DNA of 64,000 nt from Carcharhinus amblyrhynchos (taxonomy: Eukaryota). Below, in pieces: positions 1 through 12,962 of this stretch (its first letter is position 1; each line of letters opens with the position of its first letter). The notes under the pieces were generated by a model. That model was not told the origin of the DNA, searched no databases, and was given only the letters and a program-made list of their open reading frames with translations. The stretch is from positions 100,626,001 through 100,690,000 of the forward strand of contig OZ336875.1 of assembly GCA_965287045.1 (NCBI GenBank), in the 5' to 3' direction. Made by a program: the position numbers and the translations under genes.

Positions 1-270
1 AGTGACCCTACCATAATGCCAGATTTACAGCTCCAGCTATGGAAACCACACAAACTGCCTGTTCAAAGTGAAAATGAGCTCTCAACAACTGGTTTTCCTG
101 TGACCAGCCGAACATGTGAACTATAAACTAGTCTTTTGTTTATAAATTGTAGAAGTGCAATACCTATTTGAATTTTTTGTATTTTCTTGAGTATGTGAGT
201 GTGAGAGAGTGATAAGTACATTTACCACTCCAGTTTTAGATAGGCAGGATTGGTGGCAGGAATGGGAAAT

Positions 271-432
271 CATCACAGAATCCCTACAGTGCAGAAGGAA
301 GCTGTTTGGCCCATCGAGCCTGCACTGACAACAGTCCCACCCAGGCCATATCCCTGTAACCTCAAGTATTTACTCTGCTAATCTCCCTGACACCTTAGCA
401 ATTTAGCATGGCCAATCAACCTAACTTGCACA
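271..432 (-). mobile_element. HE1-type SINE, 3' part (CR1/HER1-type tail)
   Basis: Reverse complement of the HE1 3' end: agaatccctacagtgcagaagg...ggcccatcgag...aatttagcatggccaatcaacctaac; matches the other copies in the window. Confidence 0.9.
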
Positions 433-1244
433 TTCTCAAAATGTAGTTTATGCCAGTGGATTTCCTGTCCTGAAGTACACCTGGCGAGCCAGAGGTGCGC
501 AAGTGACTATAGCTGCTTGGGCCCAGGCAGTGCCAGGGAGTAAGGGAGCAAGAATTCCGTAGGGGGAAAGGAGGGTTCTGCAGTGGCGGGGGTAGTTTAG
601 TGACAGTTCAGGGAATCTGATTTTTAGGGCCCCCAATACAAAGAATTGTTTTGCTAATGGGGCATTGGGGGAGCTGTCCCTTAGCTTTAGACTGGGTGTG
701 AAAATGAGAGAATTCTGCCAATAGTGTTTAGACATTCAGGATGAATGCATGAATAAATAATCCTTTTTTCTGCAAAAGCTTGCTGTTGGCTACTCCACTT
801 GACCATACACTCGGGGGTTAAGGCACACAAAAACATTTTGATTACAGACAATAAGGGAAGGGAATTGGGGCTCGATTCTTTCTCATCCCTCCTTAACACC
901 AGCCAGTTGTTTCCAAGAAACCACAGTGGCTGGGTGCAGAGCTGTGTGCTGAAACTAGTAAGTGGAGAATAACCTGGGGGTAAGATTGCATGCGTTATTG
1001 AAGCCATGAAGAGTGCCATAGGGTTTTTGAAAATGAAAACTGTATTGGAATGAATTGCCATGGCAATCAAATGTAACTGTTTGTGTTTACAAACTAATAA
1101 ATGTAAATTTAGCCAAATAGAGTGTCTCGTCGGCTGGCTGCAAATTTCTTACATGGCGTGGACCTAGTGGTTTTGATTTATGTTTTAGTATGTAAGGGTG
1201 CGCAAGACTAAATCCAGATTTTGTGCAGATGTCCAATGGAAAAA

Positions 1245-1345
1245 AAGAATTTACATTTATATAATGCCCTTCACAACCTTGGGCTGTCCCAAAGCACTTT
1301 GCAAGCAGTGAAGTACTTTTGAAGTATTGTTGCTATTGTAACTTA
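1245..1345 (-). mobile_element. DeuSINE-like (SacSINE1/AmnSINE-type) 3' fragment
   Basis: catttatataatgcccttcacaac...tcccaaagcacttt...gaagtacttttgaagt is the reverse complement of the Deu-domain/L2-like tail; a related copy lies at 15685-15820. Confidence 0.7.
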
Positions 1346-3206
1346 ACAGTATAATAAAATGGTAGATGTGGGAAATAAATACATTGTCACTGGTGCAATA
1401 GTGGATGCTCTTCTGTAAATACAGTCATAATATGATATTGAAGCAGAGAATGATATTGTGACATCTTTTTGTTATATGTAAGATGGATGTAGTGATGTTT
1501 ACATTGTGTTCTTGTCCCCATAGAGACCAATAACTTTTAAAAAGATGTTTGAATTCCAGTGATCGACTACAAAGATCACACAAGACTTCAAGTTTGAGTA
1601 TTTTTACTGTAATCAAACTAGAAGCAATATTGAGTAACACCATTTTTGTGGGAGATTTATATTTCAAACTGAGGAAAAAATTTCCTATATGACTTTAAGC
1701 ACAACCAGCAATCCTGCACCATGGTTATACTTACTCTGTCTTTAAGCAGATCCTTTTATTCTCCTGGAACCAGTCTGAAGCTATTTCTGCGCCCAGTGGC
1801 CTGCTTCCTATTCCTTTTCCCAGTTGGCTAGCTCCTAATCCCAGGACTGTCTTTTATAGTTGCCCTGGAGATTCCTCCTCCTAGCCAGAGGTAGGCAAAT
1901 ATTCCAGCCTAATTTAAATCCTCACTAAATCTGTTCAGTCTGAGTGCAAGTTCCTACTCACCTTCTGCATGGTGGATTCTAAAGGCAGCACTTTCTCTGC
2001 TTTAGTTGCCATACTGGCTGACTCTATCTTTCTGTTCTTTTGCTGTCTGAGACTTCCAGTGGTGTCTTATGAAACTCACCACCCAATATTGATGTTTTTT
2101 TCCTAAACCCAATGCTGTTGTCATTGTTAATCACATAGGTGTAAATGCTAATTAGCTATCCTCTAGAATCTTCAATTCTGTTTTATCTTGGAATTTAATA
2201 GATAGTTTAAAGTTTAACCATTTATAAAGCCCTGACATTCTTAACATCCCCCTGTGGGATGTGAAGACTATCAGTCTATCCATAGTCAACATAGATGTGT
2301 TCGCTATTATTTACAGGTGTACATATCTTGCACCTTCTTCCCAATTAAACAAGTACCCCCCCACCCCCCTATAAATTTTGCCTTGCAGCAACTAGGTCTC
2401 AGAGATGGCAAGGCATCTCCATTTCACGTGATTGTCTATAGCTTTAAAAGTCTCCAATCCACATTTTCATGCCAGGAATTTTACATTCTGTTCCCAGATA
2501 CTGATTCAGGGTTGGGATTTCTATTTATCATCACTTCCATACAGTTATCAGGATCTCTGTCACTCCCCATCTTCTCTTAATATTGACAATTTTTCTTTTG
2601 CTGGTTAGATGGAAAAGCCCAATATGATATTGAGTCGGTGCAATACGACAATATAAGCAACATGCCTCAGTAAACTGCTTTCTTTCTGCACATGTTTATC
2701 ACCAAGTGTTGAATTTTCAAATATTCAATTCTTCCAATCACCTCGCACTGATCAGCTGGCAGTTTTTTTAAACATATCTGATATCATTCACTCACCTTTA
2801 GTGTGTGCCTCTTTCTGGTCTTTCTTTCCAATCCTGGCTCTGATCCCTTTTCAATCACTTTTTTTCATCTTCTCACCTGTTTTCTTAACACATTTCTCAA
2901 ATTTTAAACTGGTGTAATTGCAGAAAATTCACAAGTATGCATCACAGTCATTGTAATGATTCAGGATGTATTTGGGTACAGTGATCTATAGATCTATCAT
3001 TAAAAACAAGGAAAAATTCTATCTGCAATATGTATGTCCCCAAATTTCTTTTTTTTTAATGCTGATACTTTGTTTAATGCCCCGTTTCCAAAGTTTCTGG
3101 GCTAAAATATACAGGAAGTTCTACCTCAATGTCTGCTGAAAATTACAACGTTAGGGACGGACAATGCAAACTAAAACAACGTAGGATTTTTCAAAATTTA
3201 CATTGC

Positions 3207-4925
3207 AAAAAGGGAGCCATTCGATCCATTGTGTCTGTGTTAGTGGAAAATGAAGCTATCCAACCTAGAGGTAGAGATTTCCAAAGATTAATGACCCTCT
3301 GGGAGAAGAAATCCTTTCCCTTCTCTGTATTACGTGGGAGATCATTAATTCTGAAACTGTGCCCTGTACTTCTAGATTCCATGATGAAGGGAATCTTCCT
3401 CTCAGCATCAACACTGTCAAGTCCCCTGAGAATTTTACATGTTCCATAAGATCTGTTCTCATTCTTCTCAATTCCAGTGTGTTTAGGCCAAACCTGTTCA
3501 AACAGTCCTCGAAAGACAACTCCAAGTGAACCTCCTCTGAGCTGCCTCAAATACATGTCTACCCTACCTTAAATAAGGAGACTAGAGAACCATACACAGT
3601 ACTGTAGATGTGGTCTCACCAATGTCCTGTACGTTTGTAATCAGATTTCCCTACTATTTTTAAAGTCCAGCCATCTTCCAGCAAAGACTAATATTACTAT
3701 AGTCTTCATAATTACTTAAAACACCAGGTTAAAGTCCAACAGGTTTTTTTTTTGTAGCATGAGCTTTCGGAGCATCAGGTGAGTGAAGAAGAGGCAGTCC
3801 TCCGAAAGCTCGTGCTACCAAATAAACCTGTTGGACTCTGGCATTGTGAGACTTCTTACCATGCCTACCCCAGTCCAACGCCAGCATCTCCAAGTCATAA
3901 TTATTTGTTCATGTACCTGTTAACATTTCTTGATTCATGAAAGATGACACTGAAATCCCTCTGTAATGGAGCATTCTGTAGACTCTTTCCACTTCAATAA
4001 CATTCTGCTTTTCTAATCTTCAGATTTTCCCACTATACTCCATTTGTCAAATCTTTACCCACTCATTTAACCAATGTATAACCCTTTTCAGACCTTTTAT
4101 GCCCTCCTTGCAACTTGCTTTCACAGCTACTTTTGTTTTGGCAGCAAATTTGATTATAATGCACTCTGTCCCTTCATCCAAATCAATAATATAGATTGTA
4201 AATAGTTCAACCACCTCCCCCATGCCACCCCCCCCCCCCCCCATCCACCCCACCAACCCCACACTTGTTATTGTTTGCTAACCTGAAAATTACCCATTTA
4301 TCTTGACTCTGGCCAGGATTTTCTGTGATATTGGATGTTGATGGGAAAAGCAGTGTTGAAGCCGTCAGCATCTTTCGCTGCCAAATTGTACTGCACTTAA
4401 AACAAAAACTTGTAACTATGGATTCCATGATGTTGCATTGGCGAAGTAGCCTCTGATTTACCTGCCCTGCCAGCAACTTAGAAGCATGATGATAGGGAGG
4501 AGACCATTTTTAAAGGTCGCCCCAGTGCAGAGTGAAGAAACTAGCTTACCCTGGAACCACCCCTGGCACTACTTGGGCATTGCCCCCCAGCACTAGGGTT
4601 AGCCCAGCTAGTGTCACATGGGTGCCAGGTGGTACCTTGGCATGCTCCTCTGCCCTCTGGAAGATCGACTCACCTGGTGCACATCTGTTTTCTACATGTT
4701 AACCACACCTCTGTGCTAATATGTTACCCCAATACCATGAGCACTTGTGTAGAAAACGTTTATATGGCATCTTATCAAATGCTTTTTGGAAATTCAAATA
4801 CACTACATCTTTATCTGTTCTGTTTTCTACTCTCTAAGAACTTTAATAATTTTGTCAAACATGATTTTCCTTTTATAAAACAATGTTGCTACTTGATTGC
4901 ACTGTGATTTTCTAAATGCTCTGCT
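3207..4925 (-). mobile_element. CR1 (HER1-like) LINE, degraded RT and C-terminal region, interrupted by insertions
   Basis: Minus-strand peptides FFSQRVINLWKSLP, LRRMRTDL, FTIYIIDLDEGTECIIIKFAAKTKV and FIKGKSCLTKL/YLNFQKAFDKMP; frameshifted. Interrupted at 3718-3894 and at about 4310-4700. Confidence 0.9.
3718..3894. mobile_element. Penelope-like terminal-repeat palindrome with two decayed hammerhead motifs
   Basis: Inverted arms acaccaggttaaagtccaacagg...gagctttcggag (3721-3772) and ctccgaaagctcgtgctaccaaataaacctgttggact (from 3800); near-TSD tcataattactt 3706-3717 / tcataattattt 3895-3906. Confidence 0.8.
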
Positions 4926-5741
4926 ACCTCTCTGCTTGGACAAATAGGTACTTCCTATCCTCTTTATCTAGGCCTCATTGTTGTATACCCCTCAATAAAA
5001 TCTCCTCTGAGCCTCTTCTGTTCCAACACAGACCCCAGCCTACCCAGTCTTTCCATTTTGCGAAAGTTTTCCATTCACGGGAGCATTCTGACATAATCCC
5101 TATTCTATGCCTCAATTATCCTGCGTGCCATCCGAACAATCTTATCCACCAGTCCTGCTACCTCTGGCCATGCGCATCCAAGGTCGTTTTGTTTGTATAC
5201 ACTTTTTATTATGAATACAATTAATATAGAAGAAGTTTACAATTTAGTGCTAATTGTATGGTATTTTTCCTATCTTCCACAGTAGTCTTGTAGATAAATA
5301 AATCGAAGAATCAGACTTGTGTCTTGCCATTCAAGGTAGCAGCAGTTGTTCATACAGTTTCCAACTGTACATTTACCTTCTTCCACAGAGAATCAATTTA
5401 GATTTCTAAGACATCCATATAAGTATATTGCAATTTTGAAAATATTGTATTGTAGCTTACAGCTCACATGTAAAATATGTTGATTGCTCACAAAATACTG
5501 CAAAACAATGAAATCCCACCCCATTGGAAGGTTACTTGTGACAAATGCATCCACAAGAAAGTCAAGCAATGACAATTGCTCATGGAAAGTCAATTACAAA
5601 TTCTATGGTTTAACATCTTGCTTCACACTTTATTTGTACAGTTTAAGGAATGCAATGCACCTTATTGTATAATTGAATCAGTTAAATACTCCTGTCACAT
5701 TGAAAATGCAATTCTAATTTTATGAATTCATTTGCCCCATC

Positions 5742-5761
5742 GTGTGTGTGTGTGTGTGTGT
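5742..5761 (+). repeat. (GT)10 microsatellite
   Basis: Direct reading. Confidence 0.95.
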
Positions 5762-8208
5762 ACATAAATGTGTTTCTTTTCAATTTATATGTTGTATTAT
5801 TTATTATTTACTATTATGTTATTGAGAAAGAAAGGAAGTGTAATTAAAATATGTTGGTGCATTAATGAACTGGTATTCTTCTATAACAAAGATAATTTTA
5901 AATTTCTGCAAAATCTAAATTTGCACATTTCCTCAGATTGTTTTGTTCATTTCTACTTGTGCTTTTGTCCATTTGGCTCCATATTCAATTTGCATTAAAT
6001 TTCAGATTGTTAATAGTTTGTGTATCGAAGTGTATTGTTATTTTCCAGTAGCTGCTTTAGTTTTTTTTTAATTTATAGAAACCTTGTGTTAAATCCCTTG
6101 AGCTGACTTCTAGTTAAGTGAATCAGAACCTAAATGTAATATCTCGTGTGCATATTGTTAGAATAACGTAGCTGAGAATTGCTTGCATGTTTTGATTTTT
6201 AAGAATTTTGCATATGATGTTATGGCACAATTATATTGTTCTATGGTCAAAGCTTCGTATCACCTCCATATAGAGTTGACCATGTTGGGTAAAGAATTAA
6301 CCATTCTACAGCTTTTTGAACCGATGCTCAAGAGCTAGAAATTCGCACATTCATTTTGTTATATTACAAATAGATATCAGATACCATTTTACGAAACGAA
6401 AAATACAAAATGACATACTGTAATTAGGACCCTGCTGAAGAGATGCAGTTTTCCAGACAATGGATTATTTTGCTAAGTAAATTCTTTTGAAGTTAAACTT
6501 TGTTTTCTGATTAGTTCAAGAACTGTAATTTCAAGATTATTGGTTTATTTTGATGCAGCATGTTTGTTTAATATATGCTCAGGTATAACTGTTTAAAAGG
6601 GAATTATTTTATTGCTCATCCCTTCTAACATCAGTTTATTTTCTATCTTGTCAGAGTATAGTTTATATTAGGATCTGCTTGCAATGGTTTACAAAATAGT
6701 TTTGTATTCATTCCTTGATAATTTATACCTTTTGTACGCTATTTAAAATACTGTCCATGTCACATTCTTGGAATAGGATATTCAAGTTGATTGTTATACA
6801 TCAGACAGGATTTAGTTAGCGTTGTTTTGTCAGCAATTCTAACATTGTAACAATCATCAGTTGAAAATACAAATGAACTGTTCACTTTGTGACTAGAATA
6901 ACATAGGCACAGATTGATACGTCTTGTGATTGCACTTGGTGACTAGTAGATTTTTTAACATCAACGATCCTTAGAAGTAATTGTATATTAGCCAGATGTT
7001 TCAAGTGTTGGCTTTAAAATAGGGAGGGAAGCACAATGATGAACTTACATTTGTTAAACCAAGAAGACCTAGAACAGGATTTTCATAGAATCTCGCTAGT
7101 TCTGGAGGCCTTTAAAATCCTGCTCCCATTCCTGGCAGATCCTATTTTTGTTCGTGCGGAAGAGACGGAGTGTGAATCTGCAACTTTGGCTTCCTTTTAT
7201 AAAAGGCCCTCTTTCTCTCAACAGGCCCCATGTCATTTCATTCCATTTATGCCACCTCCATAATCACTCATCCAGCTTCCATTACAGGCAGCCCTTAGAA
7301 ACCATCTGGAGATGAATGATTAAAAACAAAACTAAACTTCTAACAATTCAATAGAATTCTCACTCAGAAGCACCTGGTACTGAAAACAACATTCATGAAA
7401 CCTGCTCAGAGATTTTAAATCCCCTTAAGTATTCAATCTGTTATAAAAACAAACTTGTAATCTGCAACCATACCAAAGGCATCTAATCCTTTGATAGCCT
7501 CTTAAAACTGTCATTGAAAATGTGAACTCAGACCCGTCCCCTACCCTACTTGTAATGGGAGAAGGTGTAATACCTGGCACTTGCCCCACCAGGAGATTTT
7601 CTGACCCAAACTTTGCATCTTAAAATTAAAATCTGGTCGCAAGTTCAACATACATTTGTGGTATAATATGAAATAAATTTTTTCATGGCATTTGGATGGT
7701 TTAGTGACATTTTCCTTGCTGTAATCTTTTGTCATTTAAGATATATTTTCTTGACCACTTTTTGAAGATTGACTTTAACTCATCATCCAGTATCGTACTG
7801 TGGATCACTGTCTAATTTGCAAAATGCAAAACCTTTTCAGTTGCTAGCTGCGCATTTACATTGTGTCCTTCACAGGAAGGAAAGTTCGGTGTGCATTACA
7901 AGGAACTGAAAAGGATGCTGAGCAGAAGACTTAACAGACTGTGTAAGTAGGGATGGAGGCTGGAGCAACAGAGAAAAGTTTTTAAGTGTATTTTGAAGAG
8001 CAGGCGTGTTGGCTCAGTGAAGTGAATTTGGGAAATAGCTCTGAAACTCAGCAGCATAATAACGAAGAATCAGCTTCTGTTGGAGGAGTGATGAGTACAC
8101 GATGGGACATATGATTACAAATATATGCTGACAAGGTAAATAGATTCATCAATTCCTAACTGTATTTACTTTTCCTTGTGTGTTCTTTCTCAGTATCTGT
8201 TTGACACT

Positions 8209-8331
8209 GGCCGAGATTTTGCGGTCCCACCTCCCGCCAGGTTCTTCCAGCCCTGCAGAAAGTGAGTGGACTTTTGGCTGGCCTGTCGTATGCCCCCCGC
8301 CTGCCCCATGGCAGGGCCAGAAACTCCCAGC
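8209..8331 (-). mobile_element. ~130 bp MITE (family A, Harbinger-type termini)
   Basis: ggccgagattttgc...agaaactcccagc; reverse-orientation relative of 31438-31571 and 43775-43905. Confidence 0.6.
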
Positions 8332-8914
8332 AAACATTATGGGGAAAAAGTAGCAGTGCTAACTTTAGAAGAATACATATGTATGATTTGATTCTGTGTT
8401 TAGATTTTAAAATGTTGGTTTCAATGGAAAGTGCATACAAAAGGTTTTCTTTTCTGTTTCTGTTCCAATGATCTGCCTTTACCTTTAATAAAGGTATAAC
8501 TTCTACTTTGGGTGTAGATTTATTGGTGAAAACTCTGATTCGGGAGGCTTTTCCGCAAGTATACATACTTCCAGTGTGCAATTTGGCTGTCAGTATGAAG
8601 GACTGTTAGAACCACACCTCCTCCTTGGCCAATAGCAGCATGCAAAGGATGGTTGAAAGTGGGAACTCAGACATATATGACTCCTCCACCCCAAGCTTGG
8701 GCAGTGATGCCAGGCATAGCTATTTGTGCTGAGACCTTTACTGGTGCAGTTGAACCTCGTGCAGTTTTGGATTCTATGGCTCAGAGTCAAAAATAAAATA
8801 GAATCCATTTGAACAAAAATTATACAACTGAGTGACAATTCTATTTGTGACCTTAAACTATTTGCAATTTCAACAAGTTTAAAAAAATATAGTTTTGTAA
8901 GTGGATAAACTACA

Positions 8915-9220
8915 CATGCACAATGCTTAGCATTGCTGCCTCATCGTGCCAGACACACAGGTTCCATTCCAGCCTTGGGTCACTCTCTATGTGGAATTTG
9001 CATGTTCTCCCCATGTCTGCATGGGTTTCTTCTGGCTACTGCAGTTTCCTCCCACAGTCTGAAAGATGTGTTGATTTAGATGTTTTGGCCGTGCGTGATT
9101 CTCCCTCAGTGTACCTGAACAGGCGCCGGAGTATGATGACTAGGGGATTTTTACAGTAACTTGATTGCAGTGTTAATGTAAGTCTGTTTGGGACACTAAT
9201 GAAAAAGCTTTTTTAAAAAA
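8915..9220 (+). mobile_element. HE1-type SINE, alternative (Rex1-like) tail
   Basis: tRNA-like head gcttagcattgctgcctca...ggttccattcc, core gttctccccatgtctgcatgggttt, tail cagtaacttgattgcagtgttaatgtaag...gacactaat. Confidence 0.9.
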
Positions 9221-10114
9221 ACTTTTCTATCCCCTCCTGTTATCCTATTTCTTTGTGATTTTCAAATTCGTATTGTCAGGAGCTTTTACTTGATGAATCT
9301 CGCGACTCCCATGTCTGCAATTTGTTAGTGCAGCACAATCATGCTGACATGCAGTGTATTTCTTTTTTGTTACTTCTTGTTTCTTTCCTTACTTATTTCT
9401 TTCCTTCTATTGCTCCTTTTCTGTGTCCCTCTTTGCGTTGTTGCCTTGTGACATTCTTGGTTTTGTCCATTTGCCGTTCGCTGGCTCAGCTCAAATCATG
9501 TACAAGTTGGAGGAAAGTTCATTCAACATAGCGATTCTTTGCATTGACTTTAAATATTGCTTTTAATCATAATTAACAGGAAACCAACATTTTTTTTGTT
9601 ATAATACCAAGCCTGCTGTATATTTTCTTTTACTGAACTCACAAGTTTGAAGCTTTTAGAAAAGGAATAAAAATATTGAATCATTCAGACTTCACTTGAT
9701 ATAAAATGGTTTTAGTGTCCTTCAAATGCACAGTGAAGAAAACAAAATACATCAGTGTCTTAAATTATATGCAAATCCCAAGGTACTTTATCGTAATCAT
9801 TAATATAATTCTGCCTGTTTGTATACAAGTACAAAGTCAATATAATTTGTAAGCAAGCAGGAAAGTTTAGTTTGCATTCATAAAAATACCGGAAGCCTTT
9901 TAATGGGAACAGTTCAAGATTATTAATTTCCCCTATCCTAATTGTTTTCATTATGAAAACACTGTACAGTGTACTGTGCAAGGAGTAAATCAATGGCTGA
10001 TCGAATCTTCTCTTTAAACACACATTCCTTTGATCAGAGTGGCTATTAACTGTGTACATCTTTATTTGTAATTTACAGAAAGTTCCAAATCAGGTATATT
10101 CATTTGGTGCCATT

Positions 10115-10409
10115 ATAGAATCCCTACTGTGCAGAAGGAGGCCATTTGGTCCATTGAGCCTGCACCGACAACAATCTCATCCAGACCCTATCCCCTTAAG
10201 TCCACATATTTAACGTGACACTAAGGGGAAATTTAGCATGGCCAATCAACCTAAGCCACACATCTTTGGACTGTGGGATGAAACCGGAGCACGTGGAGGA
10301 AACCCATGCAGATACGGGGAGAACAGACAGTGATCTGAGACCAGGGTTGAACCTGGGTCCCTGACGGTTGGAGGCAGGTGATATAACCACTATACCACCA
10401 TGCTGCCCC
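10115..10409 (-). mobile_element. HE1-type SINE, near full length (CR1 tail)
   Basis: Head, core and the tail ccttctgcacagtagggattctat are all present on the minus strand. Confidence 0.92.
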
Positions 10410-10811
10410 TTCATTGGTTCTATATTTGATGAAAAAGTTTTGCAGTGATGGTGTTTTGTGTTCTCGTGCTGGTGGATATTTGTTTTTAATACTAATGTTA
10501 GGCCGTAAAGAAAGAAAGCTACAATTGTCCCACAAAAGTTTTATTAAAATTGGTGACATTGGGAAACTAGGTTGAGTACAGAGTAAATGCTAAATACTTA
10601 AACTCCTGTTCCTTGCACCTGTCAAACATTATTTATTTGTATTACCTTTTTAGCCTTCCTACATAACATTTCTTGAATATGAAAGCAGTAGGACAGCTTT
10701 TATACGCCTCAATTTTTTTTTCACTGAGAGAGTATTTGAATTTCCTTCCCGTGGTAAACTGATTGCCACAAAATGCCACAGAAAAATTGTGAAACTATTT
10801 TATTTTGTTCT

Positions 10812-11255
10812 CTCCATATCTGCGTGTGTTTCCTTCAGGTGCTCCGGTTTCCTCCACAGTCCAAAAATGTGCAAGTTAGGTTGATTGGCCATGCTCAATT
10901 GCCCCTTAGTGTCAGGGGATTAACAGGTTGAATATATGGGGAATAGAACCTGGGTGTGATTGTCGTCGGTGCAGACTCGATGTGCCGAATGGCCTCCTTC
11001 TGCAGTGTTGATGGTAGTCATGATGTAGAGATGCTGGCGTTGGACTGGACTAAACACAGTATGAAGTCTCTCAACACTAGGTTAAATTCCAACCAGTTTA
11101 ATTGATAGTAATCCTACAAGCTTTCATAAATGATGTTCCACACCTAACGAAGGAACACCGTTTCTGAAAGCTTGTGGGATTACTATCAAATAAACTGGTT
11201 GGATTTTAACCTGGTGTTGTGAGACTTCCTCCTGCACTGTTAGGATTCTATGATT
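10812..11255 (+). mobile_element. HE1-type SINE, 5'-truncated, tail split by a Penelope-derived insertion
   Basis: ggtgctccggtttcctccacagtcc...ggccatgct...ggcctccttctgcag [insert] cctgcactgttaggattctatgatt. Confidence 0.9.
11010..11227. mobile_element. Penelope-like palindromic insertion with a mutated hammerhead core
   Basis: 64-bp inverted arms 11063-11126 / 11165-11228 (5 mismatches); cacCTAACGAaggaac...tctGAAAgcTTgtgg; 14-bp TSD with 2 mismatches (10996-11009 / 11228-11241). Confidence 0.85.
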
Positions 11256-12658
11256 GTGAGCTTGCGAATACTTCCTAACATTTAAGGAGACGAATGCTGA
11301 AACACTAAGAGCATGGGGCTGAAACTTAACTTTCGGCAGGTGAAAGGAACAGAAGGGTCTGTTTTCTGAGGAGGTGGGGAAGGGCACGTAAAATAGGGTA
11401 GATGACATTCCAACACCTTCCTGCCCACCTCAGAGCTCTCTGCCATAATATGAGGAGTGGGCAGGTGGCTTAGTTGACTGCTTGCCTGCCATATTTAAAT
11501 GAATAATCAACTGTCAATTTGGCTTGTTGCCAAAGAAGTTGATCCTGTTAATATACTACCCACACCATAAAACATTAGTGTGACCAGCCCAAAACCCTGG
11601 ATTTACCTGCTGCATGGATCCATGAGCTCTGATCTTTTGCTCCTCTGGTAGTCCTGGTATCTGCCACTGACACCTTTTTAGGTGCTGCTGGGATTGATGG
11701 ACTTTTTAGCCGGTTAGATTGGCCAGCAGCTATAGAGGGTGGGCCTTGCGTCCCAGTGAAGGTCGGTAGTCCCACTTGATCCTTATTAACCTACCTCAGA
11801 GTTCTGTGTGGTAGGTCAGCATGTTGTACCAGTGTTGTTTCCAGGGTTGGGGAATGTTTGGGGGGCGGGGGGAGGCGGGGGAGGCGGTGTTGTCTTCCAC
11901 CCACCCCTCCACTCACCATGTTATTAAGCCTATGTTGCCACTTTGTCATTTACAAAAAAATAATGTTTTGAAGTTTTCTGGGCATTCTAATGCTTTTATT
12001 ATAACATTGCTATTATTGTTCACACCATTTTGAACCTTATTGAGTTAAGAAAAATTGTGGAAGGAAGCTGATCTCCACCTTTTTGTAGATCTGAGCTGGT
12101 ATTATGTTCGTAAAACAGGAAAGAAATTGGCATTTTCACATAGGAATGTAAATACGCTACATGTCAAATTGCAGCGGAAGGGCATTTTTGAAATATAATT
12201 ATAAGCACATTGCTGTGCCACTTAATCATTTTTCATCATATTGTGCTGTTTGTAAAATGCACTGTAACTGTTTTCAAATCAATGCTGAAAAAGTATGTAA
12301 AACAAAATCATATTCTACTTGTGACATAAACCTATTCTGTCCCATCCCCAACTTAAAGATGCTATCCTGCTTTGTCAGCAAGGACAAGTAATGTAGCACA
12401 TGTCTCTACAGATACTGTCAATACAATTAGAAAATGCACCAGGAGTGGATTGTTGACATACAGTGGGATAGCTATTTAGTTATCCCTCAACACAAATGAC
12501 CTGAAAAAGACTAAAAATGTTTGCCCTTGGGACAACATGAGTGTAGTAATGTACCACTGTGGCTATTGCTATCGACATTTCGAATCAAGCGGACTGTCTA
12601 CCTGAACATCTGTTCTAACCTATCACATGTGACATTATTACTTTTCTCCTACTTATAG

Positions 12659-12830
12659 TGTTACCATTACCTTCTCCAGATCAATCTCTGGAAGAGTTGA
12701 TTTTGTTTGTTTTTGAACATTTGATGTCAGCATTAGAAGAGGCAGAATATGACCTACATATTTACTTGTTTGTGATGCTACAGAAATTCCACACAAGCAA
12801 AATGATTAAAAACGTCTTTGATACTGTAAG
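12659..12830 (+). CDS. Candidate internal coding exon of an unidentified gene
   Basis: Branch-point-like ttctaac (about 12613-12619), pyrimidine tract ttacttttctcctacttatAG, open frame LPLPSPDQSLEELILFVFEHLMSALEEAEYDLHIYLFVMLQKFHTSKMIKNVFDTVR, donor aag|gtatat (alternative act|gtaagg at 12825); not similar to any repeat I recognise. Confidence 0.55.
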
Positions 12831-12962
12831 GTATATGAAAACAAATAATTTAAAAAACCATTTATACAGGTTTTATTGATATTTCTATTGATCATTATTT
12901 TGTAAAGTGAATGAATGGGTTTCTTCATTTTATGTTAATAGAGCGAAATGTTAAATCACATT

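Noticed and set aside
8915-8990. tRNA genes at the heads of HE1 copies
   Set aside because: The A/B boxes run into SINE core and tail sequence; there is no complete cloverleaf or T-run terminator.
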